Source: an uncultured Alphaproteobacteria bacterium (GTDB lineage Bacteria > Pseudomonadota > Alphaproteobacteria > Rhodobacterales > Rhodobacteraceae). From it: 64,000 nt of DNA. Of the stretch, positions 31,297 through 41,945 are shown one piece after another. The translations under genes and the position numbers were made by a program. Numbering within the stretch: position 1 is the stretch's first letter; each line of letters opens with the position of its first letter. The notes beneath the pieces were generated by a model. The model saw only the letters and a list, made by a program, of their open reading frames with translations. It did not search any database and was not told where the DNA came from. The DNA is taken from contig CAWKBV010000001.1 in NCBI GenBank assembly GCA_963847935.1, positions 602,448-666,447 of the forward strand. Reading direction: 5' to 3'.

Positions 31297-32706
31297 TCAC
31301 GCCTCTTGCGTGATGAGTGCCTGAACCCGCGCCGTGAAATCCTCGCCCCGCTTCTCGAAATCCGGATACTGGTCGAACGACGCGGCCGCCGGCGCAAGAA
31401 GGACCACCTCTCCCGCCTCGGCCTCTTCCGCCGCGCGGGCGACGGCCCGCTCCATCGTCTCGCAGATCTCGTGCGGCGTCTCGCCCAATTCCAGCGCGAA
31501 ATCGCGGGCGGAATGGCCGATGAGATAAGCCTTCACGACCGAGTGCAGATAAGGCACCAGCCCCGCGATGCCGCCATCCTTGCCCAAGCCTCCGGCGATC
31601 CAGCGGACCTTCGGGAACGCCTGAAGCGCCTTGGCCGCGCTGTCCACATTGGTGGCCTTCGAGTCGTTGACGAAACGGATGCCGCCCCTCTCGCCGACCA
31701 ACTGACTCCGGTGTGGCAGGCCCGCGAAACTGTGCAAAGCCTGTTCGATCACCTTGGGCGCAAGGCCAAGGGTCCGGACGGCCGCGTAGGCGGCGCAGGC
31801 ATTCTGATGGTTGTGGGCGCCCGGCAGCCCCTTGACCTCGCGCAGGTCGATGGAAGCCACCTGCCGCCCCTTCCGCCATTCGGCGAGAAAGCCCTTCCGT
31901 GCGAAAACCGACCAGCCCTCGCCGTCGAGCTTTCGTCCCGAGGAGATGCGGATCACCCTGTCATCCGCCGGCCCTTGCGCCATCTGGTTGGCAAGAAAAC
32001 GCCCTTCGGCCTCGTCGATGCCGATGATTGCACGGTCCGGCCCGCCCTCGACGAACAGCCGGCGCTTGGCGGCGAAGTAGCCGCCGAGTCCGCCGTGGCG
32101 GTCGAGATGGTCGGGAGAGAGATTGGTGAAGACCGCGATGTCGGGTGTCAAGGCGCGGGCGAGATCGGTCTGGTAGGAGCTGAGTTCCAGCACCACGACC
32201 TCGCCATCCGCGGCGGGGTCGAGATCGAGCACGCCGCGCCCGATATTGCCCGCCATCTGCGTCGGCCGTTCAGCCTCGCGGAGAATGTGGTGGATCAGCG
32301 CGGTCGTCGTCGATTTGCCGTTCGATCCCGTCACCGCGACGACCTTGGGCGCGCGGTCCATCTGTTCCCAGTCCTCGGTCGCCCAGGACCGGAAGAAAAG
32401 GCCGATGTCGTTGTCGACCGGAACCCCCGCGTCCATCGCGCGGGCGATCAGCTTGTTCGGCTCGGGGTAAAGATGCGGGATGCCCGGCGAGACGATCAGC
32501 GCCGCGACCCCGGCCCAAGCGTCGGCCTTCGTCAGATCGGTCAGCGCGAAACCCGCCGCCTCGGCCTTCTCGCGCGCCTCGGCGCTGTCATCCCAAAGAC
32601 AGGGCTCCGCGCCCCCCGCCAGAAGCGCGCGCGCCGCGGCGAGGCCGGACCGCCCAAGACCAAGCACCGCCACCTTCTGGCCGTGAAATCCCTGGACCGG
32701 GATCAT
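31297..32706 (-). CDS. murD: UDP-N-acetylmuramoylalanine--D-glutamate ligase
   Basis: 469 aa with '[17 protein letters not shown]' and '[10 protein letters not shown]'. Confidence 0.95.
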   Translation of the reverse strand: MIPVQGFHGQKVAVLGLGRSGLAAARALLAGGAEPCLWDDSAEAREKAEAAGFALTDLTKADAWAGVAALIVSPGIPHLYPEPNKLIARAMDAGVPVDNDIGLFFRSWATEDWEQMDRAPKVVAVTGSNGKSTTTALIHHILREAERPTQMAGNIGRGVLDLDPAADGEVVVLELSSYQTDLARALTPDIAVFTNLSPDHLDRHGGLGGYFAAKRRLFVEGGPDRAIIGIDEAEGRFLANQMAQGPADDRVIRISSGRKLDGEGWSVFARKGFLAEWRKGRQVASIDLREVKGLPGAHNHQNACAAYAAVRTLGLAPKVIEQALHSFAGLPHRSQLVGERGGIRFVNDSKATNVDSAAKALQAFPKVRWIAGGLGKDGGIAGLVPYLHSVVKAYLIGHSARDFALELGETPHEICETMERAVARAAEEAEAGEVVLLAPAAASFDQYPDFEKRGEDFTARVQALITQEA

Positions 32707-33055
32707 TCCGCTGCACTCCGCTACATCCTGCCAGGATGGGTTATACCGTTCGCGGCGCGGTTTCCAGCCCTGCGCATCGCGCCGACCACTGGAGCTGAAG
32801 TTGCGAAAAGTTCCGCGCGCTGCGAAGTTCTGCGGATTGAAGGTCCGGCTGGTGGTCGCCTCGGCTATTGTTTTCGGAAGGATTTTGACCGCACTGGGCT
32901 CCGGCGTTCGGACCCGGGATTCGCCCGTATCCAGACCAATTGGGTGATGCGGCGGGGTTTACGCCTGCAAGAATGGTCCCTAAGTTTAAGCGATCGCGAG
33001 AACCCGCGCCCGGCGCGGCCTCAGAATTCACCCAGACATATCCCGAAAGGACGCC

Positions 33056-33484
33056 ATGACAGAAGTCAAATCAGGCGACACCGTGCGTATCCACTATACC
33101 GGAACACTGGCCGACGGCACCCAGTTCGACAGCTCCGAAGGCCGCGACCCCCTGGAGTTCACCGTCGGATCGGGCCAGATCATTCCCGGTCTCGACCGGG
33201 AACTGCCGGGCATGGAGGTGGGCGATAAGAAGACCGTCAGCATCACCGCCGACGACGCCTATGGCCCGCACAATCCCGGTGCCACGCAGGCCGTTCCGCG
33301 TGAGCAGATCCCGCCGGAAGTCCCGCTCGAGATCGGCACCGGGCTCCAGATGCGCACGCCGAACGGGCAGACCGTGAACGTGACCGTGGCCGCGGTTACG
33401 GATGACACCGTGACGCTCGACGCCAACCATCCGCTGGCGGGCAAGGAACTGACTTTCGATTTCGAAGTCGTCTCGGTCGACTGA
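33056..33484 (+). CDS. FKBP-type peptidyl-prolyl cis-trans isomerase (SlyD-like, with IF insert)
   Basis: 142 aa with 'VRIHYTGTLADGTQFDSS' and 'DANHPLAGKELTFDFEVV'. Confidence 0.85.
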   Translation: MTEVKSGDTVRIHYTGTLADGTQFDSSEGRDPLEFTVGSGQIIPGLDRELPGMEVGDKKTVSITADDAYGPHNPGATQAVPREQIPPEVPLEIGTGLQMRTPNGQTVNVTVAAVTDDTVTLDANHPLAGKELTFDFEVVSVD

Positions 33485-33486
33485 GC

Positions 33487-34158
33487 CTACCAGTCGATGG
33501 GTTGCCGGTCGCGGAAGAAGCCGCCCGTCGGCCCCTCATCGGGAAGCAGCGCCAGCCAGATCGCGGTGGCGGCGGCTTCCTCCGGGCCGCGCGGGGCGCC
33601 CGCGCCGCCCATCCGCGTCGCGACCCATCCGGGGCACATCGCGTTGACCTTGACGCCGGGCGGCAGGTCGCGCGGCAGCGCCTTCGTGAGCGCGTTGAGC
33701 GCGGCTTTGGCGACGCCGTAGGCTCCTGGCCCGCCGAGGCCCGCCGCGAAGCTGCCCCAGCCCGAGGACAGGTTCACGATCCGGCCCCAGCCGGTGTCGC
33801 GCCAGTGGTGAACGTTCGATCGGATGAGGTCGAGCGGCCCGCTGACCATCACCTGCATCGCGATGTCGAAATCGCTGTCTCGGTCAAGCAGGGAGACATC
33901 GCGAAGGACGCCCGCGTTGTTGACGAGGATATCGAAACCACCCGCCCGCGTCATGGCCGCGAAGTAGCTGTCGGGGTCCTCGAGATCGAGAAGGGTCCAG
34001 TCGCAGCCGAGCGCCTCCGCAGCCTCGGCGCCAGCCCTCGGATCGCGTGCGCCGATGGTGACGCGGCAGCCTTTCGCCAGAAGCCCTGCCGCGATGGCGC
34101 GTCCGATCCCCCGATTGGCCCCTGTGACAAGGGCCGTGGGATGACGGGGACGTGTCAT
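33487..34158 (-). CDS. short-chain dehydrogenase/reductase (SDR)
   Basis: ATG at 34158 ('MTRPRHPTALVTGANRGIG', the TGxxxGIG motif). Catalytic 'YGVAKAAL'. Confidence 0.8.
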   Translation of the reverse strand: MTRPRHPTALVTGANRGIGRAIAAGLLAKGCRVTIGARDPRAGAEAAEALGCDWTLLDLEDPDSYFAAMTRAGGFDILVNNAGVLRDVSLLDRDSDFDIAMQVMVSGPLDLIRSNVHHWRDTGWGRIVNLSSGWGSFAAGLGGPGAYGVAKAALNALTKALPRDLPPGVKVNAMCPGWVATRMGGAGAPRGPEEAAATAIWLALLPDEGPTGGFFRDRQPIDW

Positions 34159-34716
34159 CGATGTCTCCGCACTCTCCGGACAGTTTCCGCCCCGGCGATG
34201 GCCGCGATGGTGATCCCCAGCACCAGCCCGAGATGATGGGGGAGCGCGACGCGCCCGAATGCCTTTTCGATCGCATGGCCGGCGCCATAGCCGATCGCCA
34301 CGAAGAGATGCGCCCAGACCGTGACCGCCAGCGATATCGAGAAGCGCAAAGCGCAGCGCGGGCACTCCGGCCGATCCGATCGCCAGAGCGCCCAGCGTCT
34401 TCATTCCGTAGACGAAGCGGAAGCCGAGGCAGAACAGCACCGGACGCGCGACGATCCGGGCCAGAAGGCGCTGCGCCTCGGATCGGGAGAGCGCGCGCCG
34501 GACGGTCACGAAGCGTCCGGCATGGCGGCCGAGGCGGAATATCAACTGGTCGATGGCGAAGGCCCCCGCCGCCACGACCAGCGCGGCCCCCTCGAATGAG
34601 ACGATGTGCCTGTGCGCCAGCACGCCGCCGAAGATGGCGACGCCCTCGCCCTCGGCCATCGCGCCAAGGAAGAGACCGGGCAATCCCCAGTCCGACAGGA
34701 CGTTCTCAAGCGTCAT
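34155..34716 (-). pseudogene. DedA/SNARE-associated family membrane protein, frame broken near 34310-34340
   Basis: The N-terminal two thirds are in the frame of ORF 33487-34716 (up to 'VPALRFALLDIAGG'). The C-terminus ('AVTVWAHLFVAIGYGAGHAIEKAF') is in ORF 34155-34349. The span is 3n+1 nt. Confidence 0.7.
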
Positions 34717-34766
34717 AATTGGACCTCTGCGGGAAGGGTCGCACCCGCGGGCGGTGCGCGCAAGAC

Positions 34767-35849
34767 TCAGCGGACCTTCAGCGTCGCAAGACCGATCAGC
34801 GCAAGGATCAGCGAGATTATCCAGAAGCGGATGACGATCTGCGGCTCCGCCCAGCCCTTCTTTTCGAAATGGTGGTGGATCGGCGCCATCAGGAAGACAC
34901 GCTTGCCGGTGCGCTTGAAATAGGCGACCTGGATGATGACCGACAGCGCCTCGACCACGAAGAGACCGCCGACGATGGCCAGCACGATCTCGTGCTTGGT
35001 TGAAACCGCGATCGCGCCGAGCGCGCCGCCGAGGGCGAGCGATCCGGTATCGCCCATGAATACGGCGGCGGGGGGCGCATTGTACCAGAGAAACCCCAGC
35101 CCCCCGCCGATCAGGGCGGCCGTGAAGACGAGGATCTCGCCGGTGCCCGGGACATAGTGAAGCCCGAGATATTCGGAGAAATTCGAGTTGCCCACGAAAT
35201 AGGCGATAATCCCGAACGTCGCCGCCGCGATCATCACCGGCATGATGGCGAGCCCGTCGAGTCCGTCGGTCAGGTTTACGGCATTGGCCGCGCCGACGAT
35301 GACGATCATCGCGAAGGGCACGAAGAGATAGCCGAGATTGATGAGGACGTTCTTGAATACCGGCAGGGCAAGCTGACTGGTCAGGTCGGCGGGATGCACA
35401 TAGGCCGCCATGGCCCCGGCGATGGCGGCAACCAGCAGCCCCAAAAGCATCCGCACCCGCGATGACACACCGCGCGTGTTCTGCTTCGTCACCTTGGCAT
35501 AGTCGTCGGCAAAACCGATCAGGCCGAAGCCGTAGGTGACGAAAAGAACGATCCAGATATATGGGCTGTCGAGCCGCGCCCAGAGGAGCGTCGAGAAGAG
35601 CAGCGCCGACAGGATCAGCAAGCCCCCCATGGTCGGCGTTCCCGCCTTGGTGAAGTGGCTCTCCGGCCCGTCGTCACGGATTGGCTGTCCCCTTTTCTGC
35701 TTGCGCCTGAGCAGGTTGATGAGCGGCTTGCCGAAGAAGAAACCGAAGAGCAGCGCGGTGAAGAAGGCGGCACCCGCGCGAAAGGTGATGTAGCGGAACA
35801 GATTGAAGACGTCGCCGCCCTCGGCAAGGCCGGATAGCCAGTAAAGCAT
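34767..35849 (-). CDS. mraY: phospho-N-acetylmuramoyl-pentapeptide transferase
   Basis: 360 aa with 'FADDYAKV' and '[13 protein letters not shown]'. Confidence 0.95.
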   Translation of the reverse strand: MLYWLSGLAEGGDVFNLFRYITFRAGAAFFTALLFGFFFGKPLINLLRRKQKRGQPIRDDGPESHFTKAGTPTMGGLLILSALLFSTLLWARLDSPYIWIVLFVTYGFGLIGFADDYAKVTKQNTRGVSSRVRMLLGLLVAAIAGAMAAYVHPADLTSQLALPVFKNVLINLGYLFVPFAMIVIVGAANAVNLTDGLDGLAIMPVMIAAATFGIIAYFVGNSNFSEYLGLHYVPGTGEILVFTAALIGGGLGFLWYNAPPAAVFMGDTGSLALGGALGAIAVSTKHEIVLAIVGGLFVVEALSVIIQVAYFKRTGKRVFLMAPIHHHFEKKGWAEPQIVIRFWIISLILALIGLATLKVR

Positions 35850-37298
35850 CTATTCTGTCCCCTGAGCGGCGCCCGCGCCCGGTTGCCCGAGTTTCTTCAG
35901 CGCGTCAACAACAAGACTTACCTTCGACCCCTTGGAGCCCTTGATCAGCACGATGTCGCCGGCATCGGCGATATGGTGGACTTCGGCGGCCATGTCCGTC
36001 GCGGTTTCATGCCAGCCACCGCGCTTGCGGGGGGGAAGCCGTTCCCAGAGGGCGCGCATCCTGCGCCCGACGCAGTACACGGTATGAATGCGGTCCATAG
36101 CCGGGTGATCCGCGATGGCGGCGTGCAGCGCGGCCTCGTCGCGGCCAAGTTCCAGCATATCGCCCAGCACGGCAATGCGGCGACCTTCGAGGATGCGGCC
36201 GATCCCGTCGCGCGGTTCGGCGGCGGCCAGAACATCGAGCGCGGCGGACATCGAGGCGGGGTTGGCGTTGAAGGCGTCATCGAAAAGCTCGAAGCTGAGC
36301 GCCTCGTCGACGATGTCGAGATAGATGCGTTGGCGCGCGCCGCGCCCGGCGGGCGGCGTCCACTGGCCGAGGTCGCAGGCTGCGAGCGCGGGATCTGCGG
36401 CCAAAGCGTCCGCAACGGCGAGAACACCCAGCGCGTTCATGGCGAAATGCCGCCCCGCCGTCTGGACCTTGAACAGCAGAGGTTGACCGCGCCGGACAGC
36501 CTTCACCACGGTCCGGTCCTGCGTCAGCGTGATCTCCCCGGCGCGGTAGTCGTCGTTCGCGCCGGTGCCGAATGTCAGGACCTTCGCCCCCGCGTTCCGC
36601 GCGGCGTCAAGCAGAATCGGCGTCACATCAAGACCCGTAGGTACGACCGCCACCCCGTCCGGCTCCAACCCTTCGAAGACCGCGGCCTTTTCTCGGGCGA
36701 TTCCCTCGATATTCTCGAAGGCTTCGAGATGCGCGGCGGCGACCGTGGTGATCATGGCGACATGGGGCCGCGCGAGACGTGCAAGCGGCGCGATCTCGCC
36801 TGGATGGTTCATGCCGATCTCGATCACCGCGAAATCGGCGTCCACTGGCAGCCGCGCCAGCGTGATCGGCACGCCCCAATGGTTGTTGAAGCTTGCCTCG
36901 GCGGCGTGGACCTTGCCCTGCCCGGCGAGAACCGCGCGCAGCATTTCCTTGGTCGAGGTCTTGCCGACCGACCCGGTGACGGCGACAACCTTGGCCTTTG
37001 ACCGTGCGCGCCCGGCCGCGCCAAGTGCCGTCAGACCGTCCAGGACATCGGGCACGATCAGCAGCGGATCATCTTCGGTGCAGCCTTCCGGAATGCGTGA
37101 AACAAGAGCCCCCGCTGCGCCTTTCTTCAAAGCGCCGGCCACGAAGTCATGCCCATCGCGGACATCTCTAAGCGCGACGAACAGGTCGCCGGGTTGCAGA
37201 CTTCGCGTGTCGATGGAAATGCCCGTCGCCTCGAACGCCCTGGTCACGCGTCCTCCGGTGGCCCTTGCGGCAGCGTCCGAGGTCCAGAGCACCGCCAT
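35850..37298 (-). CDS. murF: UDP-N-acetylmuramoyl-tripeptide--D-alanyl-D-alanine ligase
   Basis: 482 aa, 'AVTGSVGKTSTKEM'. Abuts mraY and overlaps the murE stop. Confidence 0.9.
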   Translation of the reverse strand: MAVLWTSDAAARATGGRVTRAFEATGISIDTRSLQPGDLFVALRDVRDGHDFVAGALKKGAAGALVSRIPEGCTEDDPLLIVPDVLDGLTALGAAGRARSKAKVVAVTGSVGKTSTKEMLRAVLAGQGKVHAAEASFNNHWGVPITLARLPVDADFAVIEIGMNHPGEIAPLARLARPHVAMITTVAAAHLEAFENIEGIAREKAAVFEGLEPDGVAVVPTGLDVTPILLDAARNAGAKVLTFGTGANDDYRAGEITLTQDRTVVKAVRRGQPLLFKVQTAGRHFAMNALGVLAVADALAADPALAACDLGQWTPPAGRGARQRIYLDIVDEALSFELFDDAFNANPASMSAALDVLAAAEPRDGIGRILEGRRIAVLGDMLELGRDEAALHAAIADHPAMDRIHTVYCVGRRMRALWERLPPRKRGGWHETATDMAAEVHHIADAGDIVLIKGSKGSKVSLVVDALKKLGQPGAGAAQGTE

Positions 37299-38780
37299 CA
37301 GATGCGCCCCTCAAGGGCCGCGACAGCGACACTCGCCTGTTCAGCATCATCGAAGGGATAGACGTCTGTGCCCACGATCTGGCCCGTCTCATGGCCCTTG
37401 CCTGCGATCAGTAGCGCGTCGCCCGGCATAAGCGCGTCGACACCGCGCAGGATCGCCTCGGCGCGGTCGGCAACCTCTGTCGCCTCGGGGCAACCAACCA
37501 TCACCTCGGCGCGGATTGCGGCCGGGTCCTCGCTGCGCGGGTTGTCGTCGGTCACGATGACCAAATCGGCGAAAGCCGCCGCCGCCTCGCCCATCAGGGG
37601 TCGCTTCAACCGGTCACGGTCGCCGCCCGCGCCGAAGACGACGACGATGCGGCCAAGGACATGCGGACGCAGCGATTGCAGCGCGGAGGCGAGCGCACCC
37701 GGCTTGTGCGAATAGTCGACGAAAACGGTCGCGCCATTGTCGCGCTTCGCGGCAAGTTCCATGCGCCCCCGGACGGTGGTCAGGCCATGCAGCGTGGCAA
37801 AGACCGCCTCGGGCTCCTCACCAGCGGCTATCGCAAGACCCACCGCCGCCAACACATTTTCCACCTGGAAGCCGCCGATCAGCGCGAGCCGCGCCATATG
37901 CGCGGTGCCGCCGTAGCTGAAACGCAAATCCTGCCCGGTCGCATCGAACCTCTGCCCCGCGATGCGCAGATCCGCCGCCGGATCGCGCCCCACGGTGATG
38001 AGCGTCTGACCCCTGTCCCGCGCGATGCCCGCCATCTCGCGACCACGGGCTTCGTCGATATTGATGACGGCGATGCCGTCCTCGGGCAGCACACGGGCGA
38101 AAAGCCCGGCCTTGGCGGCGAAATAGTCATCGAAATTGGCGTGGTAGTCGAGGTGGTCCTGGCTGAAATTGGTGAACGCCGCTGCCTTGAGCCGCACCCC
38201 GTCGAGCCGCCCCTGATCGAGCCCGTGCGAAGAAGCCTCCATTGCCGCGTGGGTAATGCCCGCATCCGCCATTTGTCGCAGGACGCGGTGAAGGGTGATC
38301 GGCTCAGGCGTCGTGTGCGCCAAGGGTGCGGTGAAATCGCCAAGCACGCCCATCGTGCCCAGATTGGCCGCGGGGCGGCCAAGCGCCTGCCAGATCTGGC
38401 GTGTGAAGGTTGCGACCGAAGTCTTGCCGGAGGTGCCGGTAATCGCCACCATCACCTCGGGCTGGCGCCCGAACCAGAGCGCCGCGGCGAAGGCCAGCGC
38501 CTGACGCGGGTCCTCTGCGACGACGAGTGCCGCGTCGGATGCCCTCAGTTCAGCCTTTGCGATCTCGGCGCCCTGCCGATCGGTCAATACCGCCGCAGCA
38601 CCCATGCGCAAAGCGTACTGGATGAATTCCCCACCATGCACGGTCGTCCCCGGCAGGGCCGCAAAAAGATCGTCCCGGCTTGACCTGACGGCTATCGACG
38701 GAAAGTCCGGTCACCCATGCGTTGCGACCGCCCTGCGCAGTCAGTCCAAGCTCTGCCAGTGTCTTCGTCTCTGCCGCCAT
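37298..38780 (-). pseudogene. murE: UDP-N-acetylmuramoyl-L-alanyl-D-glutamate--2,6-diaminopimelate ligase, apparent 1-nt frame break near 38665-38680
   Basis: The N-terminus 'MAAETKTLAELGL...GLSVDSRQVKPG' is in ORF 38550-38813. The rest ('DLFAALPGTTVHGGEF', 'ITGTSGKTSV', 'DNPRSEDP') is in the frame of ORF 37298-38641. The span is 3n+1 nt. As murE is essential, a sequence error is the likely cause. Confidence 0.85.
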
Positions 38781-38809
38781 GCCGCGCCCCCTTGGCGCTT
38801 CGGCGCCCG

Positions 38810-40591
38810 TCAATTGCGAACGCGTATTACTTCAGCCTGCGAGACCTGTTCAAGCTCGGGCCGCATCCCAAGAAGCGGCGCCGCACGGCGGATGATCTCC
38901 GCCCCTACGGGCACGGCGGTCCAACCCGCCGTTCGGCGCGGCTCGGTCCCCGAAGTCTCTACCGGCTCGTCCAGCGACACGACAAGGACATATTTCGGCG
39001 CATCGGTTGGAAAAACCGAAGCGAAGGTCGCGATCACCTTGTCCTTGTAATATCCACCCGTCGGCTTCGGTTTGTCGGCCGTCCCGGTCTTGCCACCGAC
39101 CGAATAGCCCGGAACCTCGCCGAAACTCGCCGTGCCGTGCGAAACGACTGCACGCATCATGTCGAGCAATTCGCGCGCGGTGTGTTCGCTCATGACGCGC
39201 TCACCCTCTTGGCGGTGTGCGGTCTTGAGGATGGTTGGCGTAATCCGTGTGCCCCCATTCGCGATCGTCGCATAGGCGGCGGCCAGATGAAGCGGACTGG
39301 CCGACATGCCGTGACCGTAGGAAATGGTCATGGTCGAGATTTCGGACCAACGCTTGGGCAATAACGGGCGGCCGGTCGGTGCTTCGGCCAGCTCGATCGG
39401 GGTCGCGTCAAAAAGTCCAAGCGATTTCAGGAACTTCTGCTGGCGATCGCCACCGATCATCTGCGCGACATGGGCGGTGCCGATGTTCGAGGATTTTACG
39501 ATGACGTCGGTGACCGAAAGCTGCTTGCCGTAGTTGTGGAAGTCGTGAATGCGGTATTTGCCCCAGACCATCGGGCTTTTCGTGTCGACCATCGTATCGG
39601 GATTGACGATGCCAAGCTCCAGCGCCTGCCCTATGGCAAAGACCTTGAAGGTCGAGCCGAGTTCATAGACCCCCTGTACCGCGCGGTTGAAAAGTGGGCT
39701 GTCCCCTGGACTGCCCTTCAGAAGCGGCGTCGGTCGCGTGTTCGGGTCGAAATCGGGCAACGAGGCCATGGCAACGACTTCGCCCGTCTGGACGTCCATC
39801 AGGATTGCCGCTGCGGCCTTGGCGTTCATCAGCTTCATGCCACCATAGAGCACATCCTCGACCGTGGACTGCACGGTGAGGTCCAGCGACAGTTGCAGGG
39901 GCGCGCCACCATTCGCCGGATCGCGCAGCCAGGTGTCGAAGGTCTTTTCGACGCCCGCCGTTCCGACGACTTCGGCTGAGCGGACGCCTTCGCGGCCAAA
40001 ACTCGCGCCGCCCAGCACATGCGAAGCGATCGCTCCGTTCGGGTAAAGCCGCATCTCTCGCGGACCGAAGAGAAGGCCGGGATCGCCGATTTCATGTACC
40101 TGCTGCATCTGTTCGGGCGATATCTTCTTCCTCACCCACAGGAACTTGCGCTTGCCGGTAAGGTCCTTCTTCAGCCTTGCTGCATCGAGATCGGGGAATA
40201 TCTTGACGAGTTTTTCGGCCGCGCCCTCGGGGTCGACCATAAGCGGTGGCTGGGCATAGAGCGAATGGGTGACCAGGTTCGTCGCCAGGATCCGCCCCTC
40301 GCGGTCGACGATATCGGCGCGCTGAGCCACGATGGCGGCGCCACCCGAGACACTCACAGGTTCGGTCGGTTCGGTCGCCGCCATCAGCCCCATGCGCGCG
40401 CCCACCACCGCAAAAGCCGCAAAGAAGGCGATCCCCATGAGCAGCAGCCGCCCCTCGGCCATCAGCCGCGAACGGTCGCGCATCTCCTCGTGACGGATCC
40501 GGATATTCTCACGCTCGATCACGTCGGGGTTTTCACCCTTGGCGCGGGCAGAGAGGATACGGGCGAGTGGACGAAGCGGAATCCGGGTCAT
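38810..40591 (-). CDS. ftsI: peptidoglycan D,D-transpeptidase FtsI (class B PBP)
   Basis: ATG at 40591 ('MTRIPLRPLAR'). Motifs 'GSTFKVFA', 'KSSNIG', 'GKTGTA'. The longer 756-aa ORF extension is non-protein-like. Confidence 0.9.
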   Translation of the reverse strand: MTRIPLRPLARILSARAKGENPDVIERENIRIRHEEMRDRSRLMAEGRLLLMGIAFFAAFAVVGARMGLMAATEPTEPVSVSGGAAIVAQRADIVDREGRILATNLVTHSLYAQPPLMVDPEGAAEKLVKIFPDLDAARLKKDLTGKRKFLWVRKKISPEQMQQVHEIGDPGLLFGPREMRLYPNGAIASHVLGGASFGREGVRSAEVVGTAGVEKTFDTWLRDPANGGAPLQLSLDLTVQSTVEDVLYGGMKLMNAKAAAAILMDVQTGEVVAMASLPDFDPNTRPTPLLKGSPGDSPLFNRAVQGVYELGSTFKVFAIGQALELGIVNPDTMVDTKSPMVWGKYRIHDFHNYGKQLSVTDVIVKSSNIGTAHVAQMIGGDRQQKFLKSLGLFDATPIELAEAPTGRPLLPKRWSEISTMTISYGHGMSASPLHLAAAYATIANGGTRITPTILKTAHRQEGERVMSEHTARELLDMMRAVVSHGTASFGEVPGYSVGGKTGTADKPKPTGGYYKDKVIATFASVFPTDAPKYVLVVSLDEPVETSGTEPRRTAGWTAVPVGAEIIRRAAPLLGMRPELEQVSQAEVIRVRN

Positions 40592-40947
40592 TGCGTCTGG
40601 CCCTCGGCCGCAGCGATGGCGGCGGCGGTTTCGATCGGGTTTGTAATCGGCGGAAGCGCGAGATCGGGATATGTGACGGCGGCGACTTCCCCGAACTGTT
40701 CGGGATTGAGGGGCAAAAGGCCGAGACGCGGGAAGTTGATATCGGCAAGTTCGCGCAGCCGGTCCGGGCGGTTGAGATAGGCCCATTCGGCATTGAGCAC
40801 CGAAAGCGATTCCTTCAACTGCCGGATTTCCTGCTGAAGGTCCTTCACCGTCGAGATTTCGGCCTGTGTCCGGTAGTTTTCCCGGTAGGCCCAAAACGCC
40901 AGGCCCATGACCGCCAGACCGGAGAGGAACAGCATCAGGTTGCGCAT
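40588..40947 (-). CDS. ftsL: cell division protein FtsL (alphaproteobacterial type)
   Basis: 119 aa with one N-terminal TM and a coiled-coil. ATGA overlap with ftsI. Lies between rsmH and ftsI. Confidence 0.75.
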   Translation of the reverse strand: MRNLMLFLSGLAVMGLAFWAYRENYRTQAEISTVKDLQQEIRQLKESLSVLNAEWAYLNRPDRLRELADINFPRLGLLPLNPEQFGEVAAVTYPDLALPPITNPIETAAAIAAAEGQTQ

Positions 40948-41942
40948 CAGGAATGTCCCCCAAGAGCAGGTTTGGGCAGGCCGAGTGCAGCGCGGTCCGC
41001 GCGGCCGGCAGGCGCATCGGTGCGGATGCCGACGCGGAGCTTCGCCGAACGGGCGCGCGGGTTGGTGGCCAGCTCGTCATCGTCCGGACCTATCGCGCGG
41101 CGACTTTTCAGCGTGAAGGCGGGTACTTGTTGCACGCGGGCCGGGGCATAGCGGCTGCCTTGCCCCTCGGAGCCGGAACGAAGCTGGAAGAACCGCTTCA
41201 CAATGCGGTCCTCGAGCGAATGGAAGGTGACGACGGCCAGTTGCCCGCCGGGCTTGAGCGCACGTTCGGCGGCCTCCAGCCCCTCGGCCAACTGGCCGAA
41301 TTCGTCGTTCACCGCAATGCGGATCGCCTGAAAGCTGCGGGTCGCGGGATGGCTCTGCCCCGGCTTCGGGCGCGGCAGGCAGCGTTCGATGATCTTTACC
41401 AGTTCCAGCGTGCGTCCGAATGGCCGCGACGCGACGATGGCCCGCGCGATGCGGCGCGATGCGCGCTCCTCGCCATAGTGGTAGAGCACATCGGCGATCT
41501 CGGTCTCCGACGCGGTGTTCACGAAATCCGCCGCCGTCGGACCGGTATCGCCCATGCGCATGTCGAGGGGGCCGTCCTTCTGGAACGAAAAGCCGCGCTC
41601 CGCCTGGTCGAGTTGCATGGACGAAACGCCGAGGTCCAGCACCACGCCGTCGACCGGATCATCCGCAAGCTCGTCAAGCTCGGAAAACGTGCCCTCGACC
41701 AGCCGCAGCCGGTCGCCGTATTCTTCCGCCCATTCCTCGGCCATGCGGAAGACGGATGGGTCGCGGTCGATGCCGATAACCGCATCGGCCCCGGCGGCGA
41801 GCAGGCCGCGCGCGTAACCGCCGGCGCCGAAGGTGCCGTCCACCCAGATGCCGGAAACCGGGGCCACCGCCTTCAGAAGCGGTCCGAGCAGGACGGGGAT
41901 ATGTGGGTCGGGACTGTTTTTGCGGGCTGCGGCAGCTGCCAT
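40947..41942 (-). CDS. rsmH: 16S rRNA (cytosine1402-N4)-methyltransferase
   Basis: 331 aa with 'HIPVLL' and '[12 protein letters not shown]'. Confidence 0.95.
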   Translation of the reverse strand: MAAAAARKNSPDPHIPVLLGPLLKAVAPVSGIWVDGTFGAGGYARGLLAAGADAVIGIDRDPSVFRMAEEWAEEYGDRLRLVEGTFSELDELADDPVDGVVLDLGVSSMQLDQAERGFSFQKDGPLDMRMGDTGPTAADFVNTASETEIADVLYHYGEERASRRIARAIVASRPFGRTLELVKIIERCLPRPKPGQSHPATRSFQAIRIAVNDEFGQLAEGLEAAERALKPGGQLAVVTFHSLEDRIVKRFFQLRSGSEGQGSRYAPARVQQVPAFTLKSRRAIGPDDDELATNPRARSAKLRVGIRTDAPAGRADRAALGLPKPALGGHS

Positions 41943-41945
41943 CTC

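Noticed and set aside
33487-34716. A 409-aa ORF that looks like a DedA-SDR fusion protein.
   Set aside because: The middle about 60 aa ('GGHGLGASLRGDRLWRRPCDRKGIRARRAPPSS...') is out-of-frame DedA sequence. The proper DedA C-terminus is in ORF 34155-34349, and the SDR has its own ATG at 34158.
38810-41080. The 756-aa version of FtsI, and similarly extended versions of FtsA (583 aa), MurB (384 aa), BamD (317 aa) and FtsZ (576 aa).
   Set aside because: The upstream extensions are Arg/Pro/Gly-rich and overlap the preceding genes. Internal ATGs give canonical N-termini and standard lengths.
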